58,839 nucleotides of DNA from a candidate division WOR-3 bacterium (GTDB lineage: Bacteria > SDB-A): contig JAFGSQ010000015.1 in NCBI GenBank assembly GCA_016934535.1, positions 1 through 58,839 of the forward strand. The letters are read 5' to 3'. This document shows positions 38,665-46,909 of this stretch, piece after piece. The notes below the pieces were generated by a model. The model worked only from the letters and a program-made list of their open reading frames with translations, was not told the origin of the DNA and searched no databases. Numbering within the stretch: position 1 is the stretch's first letter; the number at the start of each line of letters is the position of its first letter. Made by a program: the position numbers and the translations under genes.

Positions 38665-39342
38665 ATGTCTTACGCCGTATCCAAGGCCGGCCGGAAATAC
38701 AGACATCAGGAGGGGGTCAATGTCACTACGGTGCTCAATCTTTTTATGATACTGATTCCGGCGCTTTTGACGAGTTTTCAAATAGTTCAGACTTCCATCA
38801 TGAATCTGGAACTAGCCGGACTCGGAGCCGTCGAAGGAGAAAGCTATTTGCCTCCTCCCACATATTTCATGACGACTATTCTCGCGAGAACTAAAGACGG
38901 CAGGATAGTTTGTGAATTGTCCAGATACAGATACGTCGGTGGAGAATCCATAGCCGTTGACACTTTGATCGAAAAAACGCGGTTTTTTGAAGGTTGGGAT
39001 CAGGCTGACACTTTTATTGGGCAAAAACTCGACTCGCTTTTTATAGAGGCTAAAAAGGAAGTTACGGTTTTTCTGGACTCGACTCCGGAAGTACTTCTTG
39101 CCCCTAACTGGAGAGAGATAAAAACCGTTCTCAGGGAAAATCCTCAAGAAGGCGCGGTTATAGACAGCGTTGTCAGCAGACTAAACCTTTTCATACTTAT
39201 CTCGGTAGACAGCATAGGAGATGCCGTCAGCGGGGAAAGAGTAAATTTGAATGATCTCGTAAACTTCATGAAGATTTCTCAGAAAAACGGTTTTCAAAAC
39301 AATTACCTTCAGCCTCCTCCCTGGTGGCCTTCAGGATCCTGA
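38665..39342 (+). CDS. ExbD/TolR family protein 1, with enlarged periplasmic domain
   Basis: VNVTTVLNLFMILIP.LL TM segment; C-terminal LVNFM..S...GF.N. Confidence 0.7.
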   Translation: MSYAVSKAGRKYRHQEGVNVTTVLNLFMILIPALLTSFQIVQTSIMNLELAGLGAVEGESYLPPPTYFMTTILARTKDGRIVCELSRYRYVGGESIAVDTLIEKTRFFEGWDQADTFIGQKLDSLFIEAKKEVTVFLDSTPEVLLAPNWREIKTVLRENPQEGAVIDSVVSRLNLFILISVDSIGDAVSGERVNLNDLVNFMKISQKNGFQNNYLQPPPWWPSGS

Positions 39343-39355
39343 AACGGAGAGAACT

Positions 39356-39967
39356 ATGCCAATAGAAACCGACCGGACTTCTGATAAATCGTGGAAATGG
39401 TTTCCCAAACCTCCCACCAAAAGAAAGATGATGTTCAGGAAGTCCATTTCGTCTCTCAAATCATCAAACTCATCCAGGGGACCGGGTTCGGAGAGGCAAA
39501 CTCCAGTCCTTCAACTGACTTCACTCATAGACATGTTCACGATAATTCTAATATTTCTTCTTCTTAATTTTTCGACAGATCCTAATCAGAGCCCTCCTCC
39601 AATGGACGTAAACCTTCCGACCGTCATTTCGGAAGAAGAAATTGAAGAGAAAACTCGTGTGGGTGTAAACGTTGTAACGGCGAACAGTTATTCCATCACG
39701 CTCGATCAGACTTCGATAATCGAATCGGCTGAAAAAATGCCGGCGAAAACAGACACTTTCATAGCTCCGCTTCTCGACAAACTAAGAGAGACTTACGAGA
39801 TCGCTATTCAGACTGCGGAAATAAACCAGATTGACCCTGACTCAGTAAAAGTAATAATCCAGGCCGACAGCCTGGCCAGTTATAATCTGATTACTCAGAT
39901 TGTCAACACCTGCACGATGGCAGGATACAAAAAAGTTTCGGTTATGGTTATAACACCGAAATACTGA
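39356..39967 (+). CDS. ExbD/TolR family protein 2 (AglS-like)
   Basis: LQLTSLIDMFTIILIFLL, V.LP, VIIQAD....Y..I..IV.T...AGY..V. Confidence 0.9.
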   Translation: MPIETDRTSDKSWKWFPKPPTKRKMMFRKSISSLKSSNSSRGPGSERQTPVLQLTSLIDMFTIILIFLLLNFSTDPNQSPPPMDVNLPTVISEEEIEEKTRVGVNVVTANSYSITLDQTSIIESAEKMPAKTDTFIAPLLDKLRETYEIAIQTAEINQIDPDSVKVIIQADSLASYNLITQIVNTCTMAGYKKVSVMVITPKY

Positions 39968-39985
39968 CGGTTTAAAGGGGGAAAA

Positions 39986-41836
39986 ATGGAAGAGATCAAA
40001 CTTGCCGTAGTTGTTCAGCAGCAGGGCAAGCGGAGACATTTCGTCGTCGAGAAAGATCTCATCGCCATAGGAAAGAGCGAGGATTGCGAGATTGTGATAC
40101 AGGAGGACGTTCCCGGGATTTCCGACAAACAAGCTCTTTTCTCATACAACGGCGTGAACAATTCATACGAACTGAGGATCAAGCCGGATGTATTCAGAGG
40201 ATGGATAAAAATCGGCGAAGACGAGGTGTCTGTAAAGGACATAGCACTGCGTGCGAAGGTGAGAAAAGAAGGTGATCAGATAATTCTTCCTCTTGATCCC
40301 GCGAGCAGGGGAAGAATTCAGGTTGGCGGAACAGTAATCGGATACGGTTTTCAGTCTTTTGCCAAACCGCAGGAAAGAAAGACCGAGGGAACCGGTTCCG
40401 CAATTTTAACGGGGTGGGTTGAAATTATTCAGGGTGGCAGGTTGAAAAAGTACCTCGTCAAGAATAACCAGGTTTTTCTTGCGGGCAACACGCCCCGTTC
40501 AGCTGTCCGCGAACCTTCCATAGAAAAAGAACTCAAGCTGTTCTGTTCTTCTGACAAGCGTTACGTTTTGACCCTTGTCCCCGGTTTCAACGGAGTCATT
40601 AACAAGGATGGAGAAAGAATCAGAATTGACGAAGAGTATTTTGTTTCAAACAATATTCTGGAAAAGAAATTCGAACTCGGACCGGGAGACAGAGCCGACC
40701 TCAAATACCTGAACAGCTTCATAGTCAGGCTCGGAGTCAGGGAAGAAGCCGTTCCCAGGGAAGCGGTCAAGTCTCCTCTAAAACCTCCCGAACCGGAAGT
40801 AAAACCCCAGCCAATAGAAAAAGAACGGGGAAAACCGAAATGGGAGAGATTTAACAACAGGCCTCACGACAGGCTCACCATAGGAGAGCACACCAAGGAC
40901 AGAAAGCAATTCGCAATATTCGATTTTACGACCGTGGTTTTCTGGGTCTTCTGGATAATATACTCTTTCACCGTAAGAGTTGAAGCGCTCAATATTAACA
41001 TTGCCACCGCAGAAGAAACATTGAAAAGACTCGAAGAGAGCGATCTTCTCGACGTTTCTATGAGCGAAGACATAGAAAGCCTCAGGCGCGGAACCCTTGG
41101 AATGACTACGACCGGAGAGGGCACTGGAGAAGGAACATCCTCGGGTTCGGGTTCAGGATCCGGAAGCGGAGCGGGATCCGGAAGCGGGGCGGGAGGAGGC
41201 ATCGGCCAGGGCGGGCAGACATCGAGAGTGGCCAGGGGACTGAGAGTTCTCGGCGTCGGATCGGGTCCGATGACCGGACCGATGGGACTCGGCGGCGGAG
41301 ATGCGAGCATTCAGGATCTGTTGGCCGGAGGTGCTTCGTTGTCAGGCGTCTCCGGAGGAGCGGCTTCTGCGGCGGGGGGAGCAGGAGGACTCGGAGGAGG
41401 GGTCACCGGGACAGTTGGAGTCACAGGAGGCACGGAGATATCAACGGGCACTGCGACTGGAGGCGATCTTCAGCATCAGAGAACAGCGGGAGTCAGGGGA
41501 GGGACAATTGCCGACCTGACTGGTTCGGCGGCCACCTCGGGCGCGCGAGACGCCGCGGACGTTCGAAGAGCAATAGTCAGGTACCAGGGAAGGCTCAAAT
41601 ACTTTTACGAGAAGGAACTGGAAGTCAATCCTTCGCTTCAAGGAAAGATCGTCGTCAGAATAACGATTTCGGAAGAAGGCTTCGTGTCGAACGCATCGCT
41701 TGTCAGCAGCACTCTGGGTTTGCCCTCCTTGGAACAGCAGATATTGTCGGCGATAAGCGGATGGTCTTTCGGTCCGATAGATCCGGGAGGCGGATCATTC
41801 ACCTTCACTGTTCCTTTTAATTTTTACAGCCAGTGA
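39986..41836 (+). CDS. GltG/PglI-like protein: two FHA-like domains, TM helix, Gly-rich linker, AgmX/PglI-type TonB-C domain
   Basis: C-terminus DVRRAI.RY.G.LKY.YEKEL..NPSLQGKIVVR.TI...G.V....V.STL....LE..I...I..W.F. Confidence 0.82.
   Translation: MEEIKLAVVVQQQGKRRHFVVEKDLIAIGKSEDCEIVIQEDVPGISDKQALFSYNGVNNSYELRIKPDVFRGWIKIGEDEVSVKDIALRAKVRKEGDQIILPLDPASRGRIQVGGTVIGYGFQSFAKPQERKTEGTGSAILTGWVEIIQGGRLKKYLVKNNQVFLAGNTPRSAVREPSIEKELKLFCSSDKRYVLTLVPGFNGVINKDGERIRIDEEYFVSNNILEKKFELGPGDRADLKYLNSFIVRLGVREEAVPREAVKSPLKPPEPEVKPQPIEKERGKPKWERFNNRPHDRLTIGEHTKDRKQFAIFDFTTVVFWVFWIIYSFTVRVEALNINIATAEETLKRLEESDLLDVSMSEDIESLRRGTLGMTTTGEGTGEGTSSGSGSGSGSGAGSGSGAGGGIGQGGQTSRVARGLRVLGVGSGPMTGPMGLGGGDASIQDLLAGGASLSGVSGGAASAAGGAGGLGGGVTGTVGVTGGTEISTGTATGGDLQHQRTAGVRGGTIADLTGSAATSGARDAADVRRAIVRYQGRLKYFYEKELEVNPSLQGKIVVRITISEEGFVSNASLVSSTLGLPSLEQQILSAISGWSFGPIDPGGGSFTFTVPFNFYSQ
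41100..41530 (+). repeat. Low-complexity Gly/Ser/Thr coding tract including an 18-nt tandem repeat
   Basis: GGATCCGGAAGCGGAGCG / GGATCCGGAAGCGGGGCG at 41156-41191; encodes GSGSGAGSGSGAGGG. Confidence 0.7.
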
Positions 41837-42828
41837 AATCACTGACAATTATACTTTTTTCGGCGATTCTTGTTTTCTTTTCTGTAAAACAGTCGCTGTG
41901 CGCCGTTTTTGTACTCGTCGAACAGGAAGAGCTGGCGATGGAACAAGTGCAGAAATTCATTGATTCTGTTGCCGATCTCGGCGTAGACGGAATAGTCGTG
42001 GATGTTTACAAAGACGGCCGGACTTTGTTCCCTTCCGAATATTTTGAGTTTACGTACACGTACGACGTACTCGATGAGATCATTTACTGCGCCAAAATGA
42101 AAAATCTTCTTGTTTTTTTCAATCTAGATATTTTCAGGATTTGGACTCAATCGCTTTCGCCTTCCGTCCTTTCTCACATCTTTCACAGGCACAAGGATTG
42201 GCTTTTAGCCGACGAAACAGGCAGAAGCATGAGTTCGTATTCTCTCGAAGACCTGAGAGAAAGATTCGGCGTCGAAGGCTATTACGTTTCCCCTTCAAAC
42301 AGGGAGTACGGGTTTCTGATCTATGGACTGATTCAGGAGCTGTCTGAAAAATACTTCTATTCCGGAATTGTTTTATCAGGTGTATCGGTCCCCGGTTCCA
42401 GGTGGTCGTACGATGTTTATACATTAACTGAATTCATGAGAACTAATTATGCAGATCCCAGAGAAGAAGGGCTGTCTGGACTACTCGAGGAAGAATGGAA
42501 CTGCTTCAACGACGGAGCCTCAGAAAATTTCCTGAAAAGGCTTTTGGCTACAGCCGATTTGAAGGGATATGTCGCTTTGAGACTGGAAAAGGGTTTTATG
42601 CCCGCATCACTGATTCAGTCGGATCTCGCGGATATTCTGGTAGCGGATTCAAATTGGGTAACCGCGAAAAATTTTCCGCCTAAAACTCTTTCCGACATGA
42701 TAAAAGAGAGAGGATCTTCTGAATTCATTGTTCTGGACAACGCCAGAGACATTCTGAGAATAATCGGCTACAAGGAAATGATACGAATCGCAATGGATCA
42801 GATCAGGGAAGAGGAGGCCAGAAAATGA
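41833..42828 (+). CDS. Glycosyl hydrolase-like 10 (DUF187/YddW-DigH-like) protein, divergent
   Basis: Signal peptide; G.TLFPS, YDVL..II..A....L, H.DW, YYVSPSN.E; GTG start overlaps the upstream TGA. Confidence 0.65.
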   Translation: MKSLTIILFSAILVFFSVKQSLCAVFVLVEQEELAMEQVQKFIDSVADLGVDGIVVDVYKDGRTLFPSEYFEFTYTYDVLDEIIYCAKMKNLLVFFNLDIFRIWTQSLSPSVLSHIFHRHKDWLLADETGRSMSSYSLEDLRERFGVEGYYVSPSNREYGFLIYGLIQELSEKYFYSGIVLSGVSVPGSRWSYDVYTLTEFMRTNYADPREEGLSGLLEEEWNCFNDGASENFLKRLLATADLKGYVALRLEKGFMPASLIQSDLADILVADSNWVTAKNFPPKTLSDMIKERGSSEFIVLDNARDILRIIGYKEMIRIAMDQIREEEARK

Positions 42829-43198
42829 ATCTCGCGCAGTTCTCGCATCTTTCAACAGAAGTGTGATTTTTTACTCTTTGAAAAACTTCGGCCGGTATTC
42901 TGTTTGAACATCCCACGCAGTATCCTTCTCCCCTGTCTTCTCTCACCGGGACAATTGCTCTCGGGATCAGGTCCTGATTGTATTTCTTCATCAGCCGCTG
43001 ATATTCTTTCATAAGAACAGAAGGGAGTTTTTTAAGCAGTTTTTCTTTCGTGTTTTGAAAATTATTGACTGTGCCTTCGTCGAAACTCATCCCGATTTCC
43101 TTCAGTTTTGAGAGATATCTGTCGTTTGAGAGTTCGCTTATGTAAGTCTCCGCGTTGTCTACGGCGAGAAGGATCTCGAGCTGTTCATTCATTGGCAT
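42803..43198 (-). CDS. C4-type zinc ribbon domain protein (DUF164-like, short)
   Basis: Y.RL....AIVPV....CVGC...IP and CENCARFI. Confidence 0.85.
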   Translation of the reverse strand: MPMNEQLEILLAVDNAETYISELSNDRYLSKLKEIGMSFDEGTVNNFQNTKEKLLKKLPSVLMKEYQRLMKKYNQDLIPRAIVPVREDRGEGYCVGCSNRIPAEVFQRVKNHTSVERCENCARFIFWPPLP

Positions 43199-43631
43199 TT
43201 TTATACTCCTCGACGAATTCGACGAATTGGGCTGCGGTTTTTATTTTTTTCATTATTTTTTTTGTTTTTACTGTTTTAAAAAATCTAGCGAGTTCGCCGA
43301 CGATGTCGGAATATTTTACATATTTTCCCGAAGAGTGAAGGTAATACTCCTGAGTAGGCAATACGAGAAGGTAAACAAAGTTAACGGGTGAAATTGAATT
43401 TTCCATCTGCCAGGGGAAAGGTATGTCTTTTCCCACGGAAATACCCACCGAGACAATAGGAGAAGAAATGAGATTGATTCTGGCGTGCGGAAAGGCGATG
43501 TTTCCTTCCAAAACGAAAGAGTTCATTTTTTCTCTGTCCAAAAGCGCTTTGAGAATAACGCCGTATGGTTCGGCCTTAACGCCTTTGAGCATTTCCGAAT
43601 ACACGCCTTTAGAATTCGCAGACTTTAGCAA
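43185..43631 (-). CDS. PTS EIIA-type (PtsN-like) domain protein
   Basis: LLDREK..S..L...IAFPHAR phospho-His motif; start uncertain (see findings). Confidence 0.8.
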   Translation of the reverse strand: MLKSANSKGVYSEMLKGVKAEPYGVILKALLDREKMNSFVLEGNIAFPHARINLISSPIVSVGISVGKDIPFPWQMENSISPVNFVYLLVLPTQEYYLHSSGKYVKYSDIVGELARFFKTVKTKKIMKKIKTAAQFVEFVEEYKNANE

Positions 43632-43720
43632 AAATACGTTATTTTCATTAATCAGGTGGATGATAAAAAAACCCTTTCTTCATAAACCTTTAATTAAATT
43701 ATATTTTCTTTTTTTTAATG

Positions 43721-44713
43721 TCAATGATTTTCTTTACTTTTATTAAACAAGAGAAGATACAGGAAAAAAGGGGCGCCCAAAAGAGCCGTTACTATTCCGA
43801 CCGGCAGTTCTGCAGGCTGAACGGCTTTTCTGCAGATTACGTCTGCGACTGATAAAAACACGGCACCTGAAAAAAAAGAAGCCGGCAGCATAGTTCTGTA
43901 GTCGTGTCCGGAAATATTCCTTTCTATGTGCGGGATTATTAATCCGACGAATCCAATGGGACCGAAAAAAGCGACGGACCCTGCTACGAACAGGCTCACG
44001 AAAAGAAAAGAATACTTCTGCAGGGACTGGACGTTCACTCCTCTTGAAAAGCTTATTTCGTCTGCGAAATAAAGGCAGTTGTATGAGTTCATTTTTGACG
44101 CGGTGTAAAAAATCAGGGGAACAGAGAAAAGCGCTGTTCCGGCGAGAGTTTTCCAGCTTGAAAAAGCGAGAGATCCGGTCAGCCAGCGGTCCAGAGTTCC
44201 TGCCGAAAAAGGATTCGAAACGAAACGCAAAAACGTTATTGTAGATCCGGCGAAAATGCTTAAAGTTATGCCGGCCAAAACGAGGTCGTGTATCGCAAAG
44301 GTTTTCTTTCTCGTGGACGCAGTATAAATAAAAACAGTAGTGACGGCTGAAAATACAAGAGAAAAGAATATCCCGGAAAAGGCGAGGGAAGATAAATATG
44401 TCGCCGCCAGATAAGCCCCGAGAGCCGACACACTGCTGATTCCGAGAGTGTAGGGCTCTACCAGAGGATTTTTTAAGGTGCTTTGGAGGACGGCTCCTGA
44501 CAGCGAAAGAGCGCCGCCGAGGAAGAATGCAGTCAGGGCTCTCGGGATCCTGTAATTTAGAAATATTTCCCTTAATACTCCCTCCTTTAAAATGTCGCTC
44601 AGTCCTATGTCGACTGAACCTATAAAAGGTGCGGCGGCGAGAACGCCAAATGCAAGTGCGGCGTGCAGAAAAAAGCTGAAAAAAAATTTTTTGCGCGTCA
44701 GTATGGTTTTCAA
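43721..44713 (-). CDS. FecCD/BtuC family ABC permease
   Basis: RIPRAL, Q..LKNPL.EPYTLG.S, GPIGFVGLIIPH, ELPVG.VTA..GAPFF. Confidence 0.93.
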   Translation of the reverse strand: MKTILTRKKFFFSFFLHAALAFGVLAAAPFIGSVDIGLSDILKEGVLREIFLNYRIPRALTAFFLGGALSLSGAVLQSTLKNPLVEPYTLGISSVSALGAYLAATYLSSLAFSGIFFSLVFSAVTTVFIYTASTRKKTFAIHDLVLAGITLSIFAGSTITFLRFVSNPFSAGTLDRWLTGSLAFSSWKTLAGTALFSVPLIFYTASKMNSYNCLYFADEISFSRGVNVQSLQKYSFLFVSLFVAGSVAFFGPIGFVGLIIPHIERNISGHDYRTMLPASFFSGAVFLSVADVICRKAVQPAELPVGIVTALLGAPFFLYLLLFNKSKENH

Positions 44714-45474
44714 CTCGGCCTCGGGAATATTAGAGGGACTCCGTCTTCGTAAACAAGCGCCAATTCTTCGCCGAAAACCGAGCGTACTGTTTTTTCGTCA
44801 ATGATCTCGCGGGGTTTTCCTTTTGCAGCCAATCTTCCCTCTTTGAGGACTACTATTTCGTCGGAATAGACTCCGGCTAAAGTAATGTTGTGACTTGCCA
44901 TGAGGATGGTTGTTCCGCAGTCGGAAAGTCGTCTGAGTTTTCTATATATTTCTATCTGATGGGAAATGTCGAGAGAGGCGGTCGGTTCGTCGAGTGCGAG
45001 GAACACCGCGCTCTGAGCGAGGCTTGCGGCTATCATCGTCCTCTGGCGCTCTCCTCCGCTCAAGGTCTGAAATTTTCTTCCCGCGATATCTGTAAGGCTG
45101 AATTCCTGCATAATCTCCTTTAAAGGCAAGAAGTCTCCTTTACCGGCGAATCCCAAACTTCCGAGCCATGGAAAACGTCCCATGAAAACGGTTTGCTCTA
45201 CGGTGAAAGGAAGTTCATACGCGGTGAACTGAGGCAGGTACGAGATCAGTTTGGATTTTTCACGGGTGGGTATCTTTCCTATGTCGGACCCGAGGAAAAT
45301 CACGTTTCCCTCGTCGGGCCTGGAATAACCGACGGCTATTTTGAGAAGAGTGCTTTTCCCGCTGCCGTTAGGACCTATTAAGGCGGTCAACGAGCCTTTT
45401 TTTACATGAAGATCGATTTCCCGAAGCGAGAAATTCCTGCCGTAGGAAAAACAGGCTCTTTCAATCTTCAGCAT
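44710..45474 (-). CDS. FecE/BtuD family ABC ATP-binding protein
   Basis: GPNGSGKST, LSGGERQR, LDEPT..LD..HQ. Confidence 0.93.
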   Translation of the reverse strand: MLKIERACFSYGRNFSLREIDLHVKKGSLTALIGPNGSGKSTLLKIAVGYSRPDEGNVIFLGSDIGKIPTREKSKLISYLPQFTAYELPFTVEQTVFMGRFPWLGSLGFAGKGDFLPLKEIMQEFSLTDIAGRKFQTLSGGERQRTMIAASLAQSAVFLALDEPTASLDISHQIEIYRKLRRLSDCGTTILMASHNITLAGVYSDEIVVLKEGRLAAKGKPREIIDEKTVRSVFGEELALVYEDGVPLIFPRPS

Positions 45475-46366
45475 GAACGGCTCTTTCGATTATTCGTCTT
45501 ATTAGTTTCGCGGATTCAGGGAAGTCGGGACCCGGAACAAGAATTTTTTCGCTGAAACAAACATGAACGTTTCCGTTTACGATTGCGCTGACGCCGGGAT
45601 AGGAATTTGCCCATCTGCCGGTTATTTCAAGGGAGTCAAAAATTCCAGAACGGCTTGCAGGTCTGAGTTCGATAATGACGTCGGGATCGAGAAGTATAAC
45701 GGCCTCCCTGGAGATTTCGGGATAGAGAACCGGATTGTCTTTCAGGACGTTGTCACCTCCCGCGATAGAGATGATCTCACCGAGAAAAGTTTTTCCGTTA
45801 GCTGACATGAATTTCTCGGGAGATGAGATTTCAGAAGTTATGGCGACGATTACTTTGGGCCGAAACGCGGCGGGACGATACGCTATTTCTTTCACTTCAG
45901 CTCTGATAGAAGAGATGAGGCGTTCGCCTTCTTCACTGCAACCGAGAATTTCCGCTATTTTTTGGACGGCTTCGATTATTCCGGAGGTGTCCTCCACGTT
46001 AAAACCGAAAACCTGGATGGAGTACTGAGAAAGAAAAGTTCTGAATTGTTCGGGATTTCCGGCGACAAAAACTGCGTCAGGTTCGAGGTATGCTATAAGT
46101 TCAAGATTCGGATCAAGTATGCCCCCGACTCTGACGGCTCCGGAACCGGCGAGTTTTTCATCCGACCAGTCGTCTATGCCGATTATATATTTCGAACAGC
46201 CGAGGGAAGCGGTAATTTCGGTCAGATTTGGGCCGAGAATTACGATTTTATCGAATTCCATATCCTCCCGGTATCCGGCGGAATCTTCTTTACATCCGGC
46301 GGCGAACAACAGCGCCAAAACCGAACATAAGCAGGCGTTAAAAAAAGCAAATCTCTTTAGGTTCAC
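45461..46366 (-). CDS. BtuF-like helical-backbone substrate-binding lipoprotein
   Basis: Lipobox AAGC; IV.L.PNLTEI, P.LE.I..L.PD, AGG.N, YP.IS.E.V...DPDVII, PGP. Confidence 0.87.
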   Translation of the reverse strand: MNLKRFAFFNACLCSVLALLFAAGCKEDSAGYREDMEFDKIVILGPNLTEITASLGCSKYIIGIDDWSDEKLAGSGAVRVGGILDPNLELIAYLEPDAVFVAGNPEQFRTFLSQYSIQVFGFNVEDTSGIIEAVQKIAEILGCSEEGERLISSIRAEVKEIAYRPAAFRPKVIVAITSEISSPEKFMSANGKTFLGEIISIAGGDNVLKDNPVLYPEISREAVILLDPDVIIELRPASRSGIFDSLEITGRWANSYPGVSAIVNGNVHVCFSEKILVPGPDFPESAKLIRRIIERAVHAED

Positions 46367-46893
46367 ATCTCTATACCGGTTCTGGCTTCAACGCCGTCCC
46401 GGAAATAATGTTTGACTTCCTCCATGACAGTGACGAGGTGCGCTTTTTCTATGAATTCCCCTGGCGCATATCTTCCGGTGAAAAGCAGTTCTGTGTTTTC
46501 CGGTTTATTTTCTATCAGACCTACAGCTCTTTTCATTTCGATTAGGCCGAAATGAGCGGCGATGTTGATTTCGTCCAGAATGACGAGATCGAATCCGCCT
46601 CTGAAAAGATTTTCTTCGGCCATGTACAAACCGTTTTCCGCTCTTTCGAAATCAGCTTCGGAAGGGGACGTGAGGTCTATAAAATCCTTTCCACCGTAAA
46701 GGTCAAAAAAAATCTGACCCGAAAATTTTTCGAGAGAAGAATGCTCTGAATAACGAAGGCCTTTCAGGAAGTGTCCGATGTAAACTTTAAATCCCGCCCC
46801 CGCAGCTCGAACGGCCAGGCCTATTGCGGCTGTAGTTTTACCTTTGCCGTTTCCCGTGTATATTTGAAAAAGTCCTTTATTTTGTCTGCTCAT
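46363..46893 (-). CDS. cobO: Cob(I)yrinic acid a,c-diamide adenosyltransferase (CobO/BtuR)
   Basis: YTGNGKGKTTAA.G...RA.G.G, FLKG, LVILDEI, TGR.AP, KH.F..G..AR.GIE. Confidence 0.94.
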   Translation of the reverse strand: MSRQNKGLFQIYTGNGKGKTTAAIGLAVRAAGAGFKVYIGHFLKGLRYSEHSSLEKFSGQIFFDLYGGKDFIDLTSPSEADFERAENGLYMAEENLFRGGFDLVILDEINIAAHFGLIEMKRAVGLIENKPENTELLFTGRYAPGEFIEKAHLVTVMEEVKHYFRDGVEARTGIEM

Positions 46894-46909
46894 ATTATTT
46901 TCATCTTCA

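Noticed and set aside
32214-41836. Canonical Tol-Pal or TonB-dependent uptake operon
   Set aside because: No TolB, Pal or TonB-dependent receptor. Two distinct ExbD genes and AgmX/PglI- and GltD-like termini fit the Agl-Glt core better.
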